This document shows, one piece after another, positions 33,801-45,744 of a DNA stretch of 64,000 bases (the stretch's first letter is position 1; each line of letters begins with the position of its first letter). Under the pieces are notes generated by a model. It was not told the DNA's origin, searched no databases, and saw only the letters and a program-made list of their open reading frames with translations. The stretch spans positions 3,472,001 through 3,536,000 of the forward strand of contig CM059433.1 of assembly GCA_030390025.1 (NCBI GenBank), given 5' to 3'. The translations under genes were made by a program, and so were the position numbers. Origin of the DNA: Squalus acanthias. Its lineage: Eukaryota.

Positions 33801-36800
33801 TGAGGGAGCGCCGCACTGTTGGAGGGGCAGTACTGAGGGAGCACCGCTTTGTCGGAGGGGCAGTACTGAGGGAGCGCCACACTCTCAGAGGGTCAGTACT
33901 GAGGGAGTGCTGCACTGTCGGAGGGACAGTACTGAGGGAGTGCTGCACTGTCGGAGGGACAGTATGAGGGAGTGCTGCACTGTCAGAGGGACAGTACTGA
34001 GGGAGTGCTGCACTGTCGGCGGGACAGTACTGAGGGAGTGCTGCACTGTCGGAGGGGCAGTACTGAGGGAGCACCGCACTGTCGGAGGGGCAGTACTGAG
34101 GGAGCGCCACACTGTCGGAGGGTCAGTACTGAGGGAGTGCTGCACTGTCGGAGGGGCAGTACTGAGGGAGCGCTGCACTGTCGGAGGGGCAGTACTGAGG
34201 TAGCGCCGCATTGTCGAAGGGTCAGTACTGAGGGAGCGCGGCACTGTCGGAGGGTCAGTACTGAGGGAGCGCTGCACTGTCGGAGGGGCAGTACTGAGGG
34301 AGCACCGTACTGTCGGAGAGGCAGTACTGAGGGAGTGCCGCACTGTCGGAGGGGCAGTACTGAGGGAGCGCTGCACTGTCGGAGGGGCAGTACTGAGGGA
34401 GTGCTGCACTGTCGGAGGCGGCAGCACTAAGGGAGCGCCACACTGTCAGAGGGGCAGTACTGAGGGAGCGCCGTACTGTCGGAGGAGCAGTACTGAGGGA
34501 GCGCCGCACTGTCGGAGGGTCAGTACTGAGGGAGCGCTGCACTGTCGGAGGGGCAGTACTGAGGGAGCGCCGCACTTTCGGAGGGGCAGTACTGAGGGAG
34601 TGCTGCACTGTCGGAGGGGCTGTACTGAGGGAGCGCCGCACTGTCGGAGGGTCAGTACTGAGGGAGGTCTGCACTGTTGGAGGGGCAGTACTGAGGCAGC
34701 GCCGCACTGTCGGAGGGTCAGTGCTGAGGGAGCGCCGCATTGTCGGATGGTCAGTACTGAGGGAGTGCTGCACTGTCGGAGGGTCAGTACGCAGGGAGCG
34801 CCGCACTGTCGGAGGGGCAGTATTGAGGGAGCGCCGCACTGTCGGAGGGGCGGTACTGAGGGAGTGCTGCACTGTCGGAGGGGCAGTACTGAGGGAGCGC
34901 TGCACTGTCGGAGGGGCAGTACTGAGGGAGTGCTGCACTGTCGGAGGGTCAGTGCCGAGGGAACGCCGCATTGTCGGATGCTCAGTACTGAGTGAGCGCC
35001 GCACTGTCGGAGGGGCAGTACTGAGGGAGCGCTGCACTGTTGGAGGGGCAGTACTGAGGGAGCGCCGCTCTGTCGGAGGGGCAGTACTGAGGGAGCGCTG
35101 CACTGTCAGAGAGGCAGTACTGAGGGAGAGCTGCTCTGTCGGAGGATCAGTACTGAGGGAGTGCTGCACTGTCGGAGGGGCAGTACTGAGGGAGTGCTGC
35201 ACTGTCGGAGGGGCAGTACTGAGGGAGTGCCGCACTGTCGGAGGATCAGTACTGAGGGAGTGCTGCACTGTCGGAGGGGCAGTATTGAAGGAGCGTTGCA
35301 CTGTCGGTGGGGCAGTACTGAGGGAATGCTGCACTGTCGTAGGGGCAGTACTGAGGGAGGGCTGCACTGTCAGAGGGGGCAGTACTGAGGGAGCACTGCA
35401 TTGTCGGATGGTCAGTACTGAGGGAGTGCTGCACTGTCGGAGGGTCAGTACGCAGGGAGCGCCGCACTGTCGGAGGGGCAGTATTGAGGGAGCGCCGCAC
35501 TGTCGGAGGGGCGGTACTGAGGGAGTGCTGCACTGTCGGAGGGGCAGTACTGAGGGAGCGCTGCACTGTCGGAGGGGCAGTACTGAGGGAGTGCTGCACT
35601 GTCGGAGGGGGCAGTACTGAGGGAGCGCCGCACTGTCGGAGGGGCAGTACTGAGGGAGCGCCGCACTGTCGGAGGGGCAGTACTGAGGGAGCGCCGCACT
35701 GTCGGAGGGTCAGTGCTGAGGGAGCGCCGCAATGTCGGAGGGTCAGTGCCGAGGGAACGCCGCATTGTCGGATGGTCAGTACTGAGGGAGCGCCGCACTG
35801 TCGGAGGGGCAGTACTGAGGGAGCGCTGCACTGTTGGAGGGGCAGTACTGAGGGAGCGCCGCTCTGTCGGAGGGGCAGTACTGAGGGAGCGCCGCTCTGT
35901 CGGAGGGGCAGTACTGAGGGAGAGCTGCACTGTCGGAGGGGCAGTACTGAGGAAGCGATGCACTGTCGGAGGGTCAGTACTGAGGGAGCACCGCACTGTC
36001 GGAGGGGCAGTACTGAGGGAGCGATGCACTGTCGGAGTGGCAGTACTGAGGAAGCGATGCACTGTCGGAGGGTCAGTACTGAGGGAGTGCCACACTGTCG
36101 GAGGGGCAGTACTGAGGGAGCGCTGCACTGTCGGAGGGGCAGTACTGAGGGAGCGCCGCTCTGTCGGAGGGGCAGTACTGAGGGAGCGCCGCACTGTTGG
36201 AGGGGCAGTACTGAGGGAGTGATGCACTGTCGGAGGGGCAGTACTGAGGGAGCGATGCACTGTCGGAGGGTCAGTACTGAGGGAGTGCCGCACTGTCGGA
36301 GGGGCAGTACTGAGGGAGTGCTGCACTGTCGGAGGGGCAGTACTGAGGAAGCGCCTCACTGTCGGAGGGGCAGTACTGAGGGAGCGCCGCACTGTCGGAG
36401 GATCAGTACTGAGGGAGTGCTGCACTGTCGGAGGGGCAGTACTGAGGGAGTGCTGCACTGTCGGAGGGGCAGTACTGAGGGAGTGCCGCACTGTCGGAGG
36501 ATCAGTACTGAGGGAGTGCTGCACTGTCGGAGGGGCAGTATTGAAGGAGCGTTGCACTGTCGGTGGGGCAGTACTGAGGGAATGCTGCACTGTCGTAGGG
36601 GCAGTACTGAGGGAGGGCTGCACTGTCAGAGGGGGCAGTACTGAGGGAGCACTGCACTGTCGGAGGGGCAGTACTGAGGGAGTGCTGCACTGTCGGAGGG
36701 ACAGTGCTGAGGGAGTGCCGCACTGTCGGAGGGTCAGTACTGAGGGAGTGATGCACTGTCGGAGGGTCAGTACTGAGGGAGTGCTGCACTGTCGGAGGGG

Positions 36801-39800
36801 CTGTACTGAGGGAGCGCCGCACTGTCGGAGGGTCAGTACTGAGGGAGGTCTGCACTGTTGGAGGGGCAGTACTGAGGCAGCGCCGCACTGTCGGAGGGTC
36901 AGTGCTGAGGGAGCGCCGCATTGTCGGATGGTCAGTACTGAGGGAGTGCTGCACTGTCGGAGGGTCAGTACGCAGGGAGCGCCGCACTGTCGGAGGGGAA
37001 GTATTGAGGGAGCGCCGCACTGTCGGAGGGGCGGTACTGAGGGAGTGCTGCACTGTCGGAGGGGCAGTACTGAGGGAGCGCTGCACTGTCGGAGGGGCAG
37101 TACTGAGGGAGTGCTGCACTGTCGGAGGGGGCAGTACTGAGGGAGCGCCGCACTGTCGGAGGGGCAGTACTGAGGGAGCGCCGCACTGTCGGAGGGGCAG
37201 TACTGAGGGAGCGCCGCACTGTCGGAGGGTCAGTGCTGAGGGAGCGCCGCAATGTCGGAGGGTCAGTGCCGAGGGAACGCCGCATTGTCGGATGGTCAGT
37301 ACTGAGGGAGCGCCGCACTGTCGGAGGGGCAGTACTGAGGGAGCGCTGCACTGTTGGAGGGGCAGTACTGAGGGAGCGCCGCTCTGTCGGAGGGGCAGTA
37401 CTGAGGGAGCGCTGCACTGTCAGAGAGGCAGTACTGAGGGAGAGCTGCACTGTCGGAGGGGCAGTACTGAGGAAGCGATGCACTGTCGGAGGGTCAGTAC
37501 TGAGGGAGCACCGCACTGTCGGAGGGGCAGTACTGAGGGAGCGATGCACTGTCAGAGGGTCAGTACTGAGGGAGTGCCACACTGTCGGAGGGGCAGTACT
37601 GAGGGAGCGCTGCACTGTCGGAGGGGCAGTACTGAGGGAGCGCCGCTCTGTCGGAGGGGCAGTACTGAGGGAGCGCCGCACTGTTGGAGGGGCAGTACTG
37701 AGGGAGCACCGCTTTGTCGGAGGGGCAGTACTGAGGGAGCGCCACACTCTCAGAGGGTCAGTACTGAGGGAGTGCTGCACTGTCGGAGGGACAGTACTGA
37801 GGGAGTGCTGCACTGTCGGAGGGACAGTATGAGGGAGTGCTGCACTGTCAGAGGGACAGTACTGAGGGAGTGCTGCACTGTCGGCGGGACAGTACTGAGG
37901 GAGTGCTGCACTGTCGGAGGGGCAGTACTGAGGGAGCACCGCACTGTCGGAGGGGCAGTACTGAGGGAGCGCCACACTGTCGGAGGGTCAGTACTGAGGG
38001 AGTGCTGCACTGTCGGAGGGGCAGTACTGAGGGAGCGCTGCACTGTCGGAGGGGCAGTACTGAGGTAGCGCCGCATTGTCGAAGGGTCAGTACTGAGGGA
38101 GCGCGGCACTGTCGGAGGGTCAGTACTGAGGGAGCGCTGCACTGTCGGAGGGGCAGTACTGAGGGAGCACCGTACTGTCGGAGAGGCAGTACTGAGGGAG
38201 CGCCGCACTGTCGGAGGGTCAGTACTGAGGGAGCGCTGCACTGTCGGAGGGGCAGTACTGAGGGAGCGCCGCACTTTCGGAGGGGCAGTACTGAGGGAGT
38301 GCTGCACTGTCGGAGGGGCTGTACTGAGGGAGCGCCGCACTGTCGGAGGGTCAGTACTGAGGGAGGTCTGCACTGTTGGAGGGGCAGTACTGAGGCAGCG
38401 CCGCACTGTCGGAGGGTCAGTGCTGAGGGAGCGCCGCATTGTCGGATGGTCAGTACTGAGGGAGTGCTGCACTGTCGGAGGGTCAGTACGCAGGGAGCGC
38501 CGCACTGTCGGAGGGGCAGTATTGAGGGAGCGCCGCACTGTCGGAGGGGCGGTACTGAGGGAGTGCTGCACTGTCGGAGGGGCAGTACTGAGGGAGCGCT
38601 GCACTGTCGGAGGGGCAGTACTGAGGGAGTGCTGCACTGTCGGAGGGGGCAGTACTGAGGGAGCGCCGCACTGTCGGAGGGGCAGTACTGAGGGAGCGCC
38701 GCACTGTCGGAGGGGCAGTACTGAGGGAGCGCCGCACTGTCGGAGGGTCAGTGCTGAGGGAGCGCCGCAATGTCGGAGGGTCAGTGCCGAGGGAACGCCG
38801 CATTGTCGGATGCTCAGTACTGAGGGAGCGCCGCACTGTCGGAGGGGCAGTACTGAGGGAGCGCTGCACTGTTGGAGGGGCAGTACTGAGGGAGCGCCGC
38901 TCTGTCGGAGGGGCAGTACTGAGGGAGCGCTGCACTGTCAGAGAGGCAGTACTGAGGGAGAGCTGCTCTGTCGGAGGATCAGTACTGAGGGAGTGCTGCA
39001 CTGTCGGAGGGGCAGTACTGAGGGAGTGCTGCACTGTCGGAGGGGCAGTACTGAGGGAGTGCCGCACTGTCGGAGGATCAGTACTGAGGGAGTGCTGCAC
39101 TGTCGGAGGGGCAGTATTGAAGGAGCGTTGCACTGTCGGTGGGGCAGTACTGAGGGAATGCTGCACTGTCGTAGGGGCAGTACTGAGGGAGGGCTGCACT
39201 GTCAGAGGGGGCAGTACTGAGGGAGCACTGCATTGTCGGATGGTCAGTACTGAGGGAGTGCTGCACTGTCGGAGGGTCAGTACGCAGGGAGCGCCGCACT
39301 GTCGGAGGGGCAGTATTGAGGGAGCGCCGCACTGTCGGAGGGGCGGTACTGAGGGAGTGCTGCACTGTCGGAGGGGCAGTACTGAGGGAGCGCTGCACTG
39401 TCGGAGGGGCAGTACTGAGGGAGTGCTGCACTGTCGGAGGGGGCAGTACTGAGGGAGCGCCGCACTGTCGGAGGGGCAGTACTGAGGGAGCGCCGCACTG
39501 TCGGAGGGGCAGTACTGAGGGAGCGCCGCACTGTCGGAGGGTCAGTGCTGAGGGAGCGCCGCAATGTCGGAGGGTCAGTGCCGAGGGAACGCCGCATTGT
39601 CGGATGGTCAGTACTGAGGGAGCGCCGCACTGTCGGAGGGGCAGTACTGAGGGAGCGCTGCACTGTTGGAGGGGCAGTACTGAGGGAGCGCCGCTCTGTC
39701 GGAGGGGCAGTACTGAGGGAGCGCTGCACTGTCAGAGAGGCAGTACTGAGGGAGAGCTGCACTGTCGGAGGGGCAGTACTGAGGAAGCGATGCACTGTCG

Positions 39801-41158
39801 GAGGGTCAGTACTGAGGGAGCACCGCACTGTCGGAGGGGCAGTACTGAGGGAGCGATGCACTGTCGGAGTGGCAGTACTGAGGAAGCGATGCACTGTCGG
39901 AGGGTCAGTACTGAGGGAGTGCCACACTGTCGGAGGGGCAGTACTGAGGGAGCGCTGCACTGTCGGAGGGGCAGTACTGAGGGAGCGCCGCTCTGTCGGA
40001 GGGGCAGTACTGAGGGAGCGCCGCACTGTTGGAGGGGCAGTACTGAGGGAGTGATGCACTGTCGGAGGGGCAGTACTGAGGGAGCGATGCACTGTCGGAG
40101 GGTCAGTACTGAGGGAGTGCCGCACTGTCGGAGGGGCAGTACTGAGGGAGTGCTGCACTGTCGGAGGGGCAGTACTGAGGAAGCGCCTCACTGTCGGAGG
40201 GGCAGTACTGAGGGAGCGCCGCACTGTCGGAGGATCAGTACTGAGGGAGTGCTGCACTGTCGGAGGGGCAGTACTGAGGGAGTGCTGCACTGTCGGAGGG
40301 GCAGTACTGAGGGAGTGCCGCACTGTCGGAGGATCAGTACTGAGGGAGTGCTGCACTGTCGGAGGGGCAGTATTGAAGGAGCGTTGCACTGTCGGTGGGG
40401 CAGTACTGAGGGAATGCTGCACTGTCGTAGGGGCAGTACTGAGGGAGGGCTGCACTGTCAGAGGGGGCAGTACTGAGGGAGCACTGCACTGTCGGAGGGG
40501 CAGTACTGAGGGAGTGCTGCACTGTCGGAGGGACAGTGCTGAGGGAGTGCCGCACTGTCGGAGGGTCAGTACTGAGGGAGCGCGGCACTGTCGGAGGGTC
40601 AGTACTGAGGGAGCGCCGCACTGTCGGAGGGGCTGTACTGAGGGAGCGCCGCACTGTCGGAGGGGCTGTACTGAGGGAGCGCCACACTGTCGGAGGGGCA
40701 GTACTGAGGGAGCGCAGCACTGTCGGAGGGTCAGTACTGAGGGAGCGCGGCACTGTTGGAGGGTCAGTACTGAGGGAGCGCGGCACTGTCGGAGGGTCAG
40801 CACTGAGGGAGCGCGGCACTGTCGGAGGGTCAGTACTGAGGGAGTGCTACACTGTCAGAGGTTCAGTACTGAGGGAGTGCTGCACTGTCAGAGGGTCAGT
40901 ACTGAGGGAGCGCTGCACTGTCGGAGGGTCAGTACTGAGGGAGCGCTGCACTGTCAGAGGTTCAGTACTGAGGGAGTGCTACACTGTCAGAGGTTCAGTA
41001 CTGAGGGAGCACCGCACTGTCGGAGGGTCAGTACTGAGGGAGTGCTGCACTGTCAGAGGGTCAGTACTGAGGGAGTGCTGCACTGTCAGAGGGTCAGTAC
41101 TGAGGGAGCACCGCACTGTCGGAGGGTCAGTACTGAGGCAGTGCTGCACTGTCGGAGG
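27801..41158. repeat. 13.4-kb minisatellite of a 33-bp unit (about 405 copies), consensus CAGTACTGAGGGAGYGCYGCACTGTCGGAGGGK
   Basis: Head-to-tail units with no spacers. Diagnostic variant units recur in blocks. Confidence 0.98.
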
Positions 41159-41491
41159 TGCCGTCTTTCAGATGAGACGTTAAACCGAGGCCCCGTCTGC
41201 TCTCTCAGGTGGACTTAAAAGATCCTGCGGCCACTATTTCGAAGAAGAACTGGGGAGTTCCCCCCGGTGTCCTGGCCAATATTTATACCTCAATCAACAT
41301 CACTAAAACAGATCATCTGGTCATTATCACATTGCTGTTTGTGGGAGCTTGCTGTGCGTAAATTGGCTGCCGCGTTTCCCACATTACAACAGTGACTACA
41401 CTTCAAAAAGTACTTCATTGGCTGTAAAGCGCTTTGAGACGTTCGGTGGTCGTGAAAGGCGCTGGAGAAATGCGAGTCTTTCTTTCTTTCT
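41128..41491 (+). mobile_element. DeuSINE (SacSINE1/AmnSINE1-like) body and tail, contiguous with the last array unit
   Basis: GCACTGTCGGAGGTGCCGTCTTTCAGATGAGACGTTAAACCGAGG...ATTGCTGTTTGTGGGAGCTTGCTGTGCG...TTCATTGGCTGTAAAGCGCTTTG...(TCTT)n. Other copies at 45745-46046 and 59107-59330. Family name is from recall. Confidence 0.82.
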
Positions 41492-42108
41492 ATCTTTTGA
41501 TTGGGCGGTCATGAATTGACCACCTGTTATACCCTCTGCCCGATTGAAGTCAATGGAGAGGAAAAGCTGGCAGGGCGTAAGATGGCCGACGTCCTATCGC
41601 CCTCTTGCGCCCCTGCTCTCGTTGACTTTCATCCCCAATGTCTCTTTAAGGATTCTTCGGGGCGCGGTTCAGGAGCCCCTGTGAGTTCAGTGGAACCCAT
41701 GAGCCCTCCATTGCAGGAGTTCTGCGCTGCTCCTGTGCAGCAGGTGGCAGCAGGTTCTGGGCTCTCTGTCCAGGAACATGAACTTGCCAAAGTATCTCAC
41801 AGAATCTAGTACATGGAGAGTCCAGCGTTCAGGAGAATTTATTCTGAAAAATGTCAAATATTTGAAAGAATCTGTTTCCTTCACAAGTTGATATCGAAAT
41901 AAAAATTATTTTGTATCGCCCGATCTTTACTTTCCCTCAATTCATTAAACTTATCTCACATCAGTGGTTTTTTTTCATACTTGCTTATCTGATTTAATAC
42001 GTGTGAAAAATACAATGTCAGATTTAAATTTACAGGAAAGGTGTGTGGATAATAGGGTGAAATTTAGATTAAATAGCCAATTGATTAAAATAGGGCTGCA
42101 CATTCCTA

Positions 42109-42784
42109 GGGGGAAAAATTCGGTTGATTTGCGCCTCCCATTAGAGGGCGCTAACAGGGCGCAAAGCAACTAGCGCCTGGGCGTGGCGCCACTAACGCCT
42201 CCCGCCAAATTCAGTGGGACGTTAGCGGTGGCTTCAGCGCCCCGCTCGCGCCCCGGCCGCGATCTCTGGTACCGCCGGACGCTATGTCCGACGGGGTCAG
42301 GGGGTGCCCACCTGCGGCCGGGGCGGCGCTAATTAAAGGTGAGGTGCCGGGCGGCCATTTTTGTTGCTAGCCGCCTGCCAGCACCTGCCCCCGTTGCCGT
42401 CCCCGGCCTCCTCTGAAGCCCCCCCGCGGAGTGCCGGCTGCGCTCCGTGAGCCCGGCGCTTCTCTTGAGCGCTGGGCTTTTTTGCTGGCACTCCGATCCC
42501 TGGTGGCCCAGCTGGGCCCCGGGTCACGCTGCGCTAGGCCCCTCCCCTTTAATAAGGGGAGGAAGGCCTGCAGTACCGCGGCGTGACATGCCACAGAGCG
42601 TGGCGCTGCGGCACGTAACGCCGTGACATTAACTTGCAGCGCCCCAAGAGGGAGGTGGGGCGCTTCCAGTAGCACCCCGCCTCCCTCTTGGGGTGCTACC
42701 AGTGAAGTTCGGGCGCGGGAGCACTAACTTTTGCGCCCCGGCGAAGTTAGCGCCCCAAAGGGGGCGTGACCCAATTTTGCCCCC
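42109..42784. mobile_element. Harbinger-type MITE (related subfamily)
   Basis: TIR GGGGGAAAAATT / AATTTTGCCCCC. Termini and TTAGCGCC subterminal motifs are shared with the 8575 and 14759 elements. Confidence 0.85.
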
Positions 42785-44016
42785 TAATGTTATGCGACAG
42801 TTCCTCGTTCAACACAGCACAATCCCAAGCACCAGCCCTTTGGGTAAAAATCTTGCTGCTGGCCATCCATGAACTGCCCAAGAGAGCAGGAGCAATCACT
42901 GATCAGACACATCTCTTCCCCAAGCGAGGTCTTTACTCCTCCCCACTGCCCACCTCCCCTCCCAACTGAGCTACATTTCATCCGCCCAGCAATATCTCAG
43001 CCCCCAAACTCCACCCCCGTGCTGAACAAGATATGGTCCCTCACCCTTTACCGTACAAGAAACGGAATCCTGATGGAAAAATACAGGAGGCAAAGAGCCG
43101 TGGATTTATCAAAAGTGGGTGGAAGTCCCGAGGCCGAGCAAACAGCAGCCAGTCGTCGAGCAGTAGAGATGCTACCCTTCCAGCATTAAGGAAGTTTACT
43201 GCCCAGCCCAGCCCGCCTCTCCTGCTGACCAAGAATCCTCCCCCACAGAGGCAGTTGGCATTGGGCCTTGCGCCTACCCCCACCCTGATCGGAGGATCTG
43301 AGAGGCACAGACAGCAAGGCAATGGAGGCCTAAAATGCTAAGTGCCACTTTTGGCTCCTTGGGGCTGGTGGCCTTCTGGTTGCTGGTTTCTCAGGCTTAC
43401 ATTGGATTTCCGCCCCCATCTCCGGCATCACGGCCTTGCCATGGGGCTGGGCCTGTGCTGGGGGGAATGTCTGGCCTTGGCTAATAACCTGAATCTGGAT
43501 ATCCACATTGGTTCAAGTCATGTCAGGTGGAACGTATTTTGAGTGAGCCTTGTCTGACCAGTGCTCTGCCAAGGTGGGGGGTGGGGGGTGGAGGAAAAAT
43601 GTCCTTCGGATGCCATAGTTTGTTACAGATTTTAAACAATCTTTAATGCGAACAGGAAGAAATTAACTTGAATTCTGAAATTTACAAGCAAGTTACTGAC
43701 CACTAGTTGGCCAGAGCAGTTTCTAAGCAGCTACACAGGCAGTCATTGAGCAGTGGTCTTAAAGAGACAGGCCAGGTTAGCGATACACACAGAGTGCTCC
43801 AGACTCTCGGGTCTCTGAGCAATGCCACGGGAGATCCACGAGTGTTTCAGATCATTTCTAAAGTTGGCAGCATTCACTTTTAATTTTTGCGGCATATTTT
43901 TTCTTTGTTGACCTATTCCCCACAGCCAACATTTTTAAAGCCTAAAATAAAAACAGAAAATGCTGGAAATACTCAGCAGGTCAGGCAGCATCTGTGGAGA
44001 GAGAAACAGAGTCAAC

Positions 44017-44853
44017 GGGCTGGATTTTCAATGACCCGTGGAGTCGGGTTTGGAGGCGGGGTGGGGGGGGGGTTAAAGTTGCAGATTCGGGGGTCCCGAC
44101 CCCATCCTGCCTCCATGCCAGTTTCTCTGGCGGCGGGTACCCAACCTGTGCTGAGACCCAACTCCCCGAGGCGGGAAGGGATTAGTGAAAATTAACTGCC
44201 TGTTAACAGGTAGTTAACAGGCAGTTTTTTGCCTAATCCCTATTTTAAAAGGTGAAATGTGGGCTTCCCGACAGGTGGCAACCACACCAAGTTATCGGGG
44301 CGGACCGTGGGTCTGCAGGGGTTGGAGGAGTCGATATGTCCGGTGGGCAGGTGAGTGATGGGTGCATGTGTGCAGAGGTAAGTGTGTAAGGTAAGTGCTA
44401 AGTGTTGGAAAAAGTTTTACTTACCTTAACTTCCTCCTGCAGGTGTCAGCCCTTCAGTTCTCGGGAGTCAGAAATCTCACTGGCACAGAAAGCAGAAAAG
44501 CCGTGGTCCTGTCAAAAACTGCAGCCTCTGTTTTCTGTGCTGGAATGATTTCTAACTCAGCCTGAGAGGAAGGACTGAAGTTAGAAATGATATTGTCAGT
44601 GTTTGACAGCTTCACAGAGCTGTCAAACGTTGATGTTTCATCTGTCAAAAGCTCTTGACGGATGAAATGTCAATCTGTGACATCACCTGTTGCCGGGTGG
44701 CCCTTAATTGGCCTGCTGAGCCCACTGGGCGCGCTCAACAAGGTCAATCAAGTGAAAATACAGTGGGTTGGCCACATCTCGATGGAGGCGGGTTCACAAG
44801 CCAGAATGTGTGATTCCCGACCCCAACCCGACCCCAGTATCAAAATCCAGCCC
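44017..44853. mobile_element. MITE with the same TIR as Harbinger copies 1 and 2
   Basis: Perfect 12-bp TIR GGGCTGGATTTT / AAAATCCAGCCC. 3-bp TSD AAC at 44014-44016 and 44854-44856. Confidence 0.92.
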
Positions 44854-44886
44854 AACGTTTCAGGTCGATGACTCTTCGTCAGAACT
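44854..44886 (-). ncRNA. Minimal hammerhead motif, interrupted at the cleavage triplet
   Basis: Minus strand reads AGUU-CUGACGA-AGAGUC(AUC)GACCU-GAAA-CG-UU. The 3' stem I strand (GACU) now lies beyond the MITE, at 44010-44013. Confidence 0.65.
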
Positions 44887-45076
44887 GGAAAAAGTTGGAG
44901 ATGGGAGGAGGGGAGGAAAGAACAAAAGGGAAGGTCTGTGATAGGATGGAAGGCAGGAGAGATTAAGAGACAAAAGGGATGATGGTGCGAGGCAAAAGGA
45001 GATGGTAATTCCTCCCCTCCCCCCTCTCCCTGCCCCTACAATCGCTTAAAAACCTGTTACATCTCCAACTTTTTCC

Positions 45077-45113
45077 AGTTCTGACGAAGGGTCATCGATG
45101 TGAAACGTTAACT
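45077..45113 (+). ncRNA. Minimal hammerhead motif (stem II damaged)
   Basis: AGUU-CUGACGA-AGGGUCAUCGAUGU-GAAA-CG-UU-AACU, with stem I AGUU/AACU. Confidence 0.6.
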
Positions 45114-45744
45114 CTGTTTCTCTCTCTCCACAGATGCTGCCTGACCCGCTGAGTATTTCCACCATTTTCTGTTTTTATTTCAGATTTCCGGCATCCGCAG
45201 TATTTTGCTTTTTTAAAGCCTCGTTTCCTTCCCTTCCTTCAGCGTGTTATGTTTCTTTAGGAATATTAAAAATTCGTGAACACATCCTTTCTTTAAAATC
45301 TTCTTTCTCGACTCTAACAGCTACAGAATAATGGGGAGCTGTACATCTGGAAAAAACGTATATCGGCCAAGAACATTACCTCAGCTGGGCTGATTGTTCC
45401 AGATTGTACAACGACAGAACTACCGCTACTGGACGTGAATAGCAGCAGACACCAGACACCTGTGCACTTTCCAATCCTCCTGCTCAGCTCCAGAGTATCA
45501 AATTTCTCCCTGATTTCTGTACTTCAATGGCAGGATTGATTTATGGTGATGTAGCACTTCCCTTGTAGTTCCTTCTTAATTAGAATTCCCTGCACCATTA
45601 CGATGTTTTGCTTCATTTGGGAAATGGAATGGATGAACGGCAGACTCTCCTGACAGCAGTATCACTGCTCACATGCGTCTGGCAGACAGATTTAAGTGTC
45701 CTTTACTGGCAGAATTCAGATGCGAGACCACAGTCCGACATTTC

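Larger units (their letters stand above)
43944..45210. mobile_element. Palindromic Penelope-like pLTR remnant (two inverted arms), left arm split by a MITE
   Basis: 43944-44016 plus 44857-44903 is the reverse complement of about 45059-45181. Each arm carries a hammerhead motif. Confidence 0.75.

Noticed and set aside
27801..41158. CRISPR array, or a gene for an 11-aa-repeat protein (STEGAPHCRRG / zinc-finger-like)
   Set aside because: Units are contiguous with no unique spacers and there are no cas genes. ORFs are open in several frames on both strands only because the unit length is a multiple of 3, and they are broken by 32- and 34-bp units.
41640..41810. Possible host terminal exon (DSSGRGSGAPVSSVEPM...)
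   Set aside because: No recognisable homology and no partner exons.
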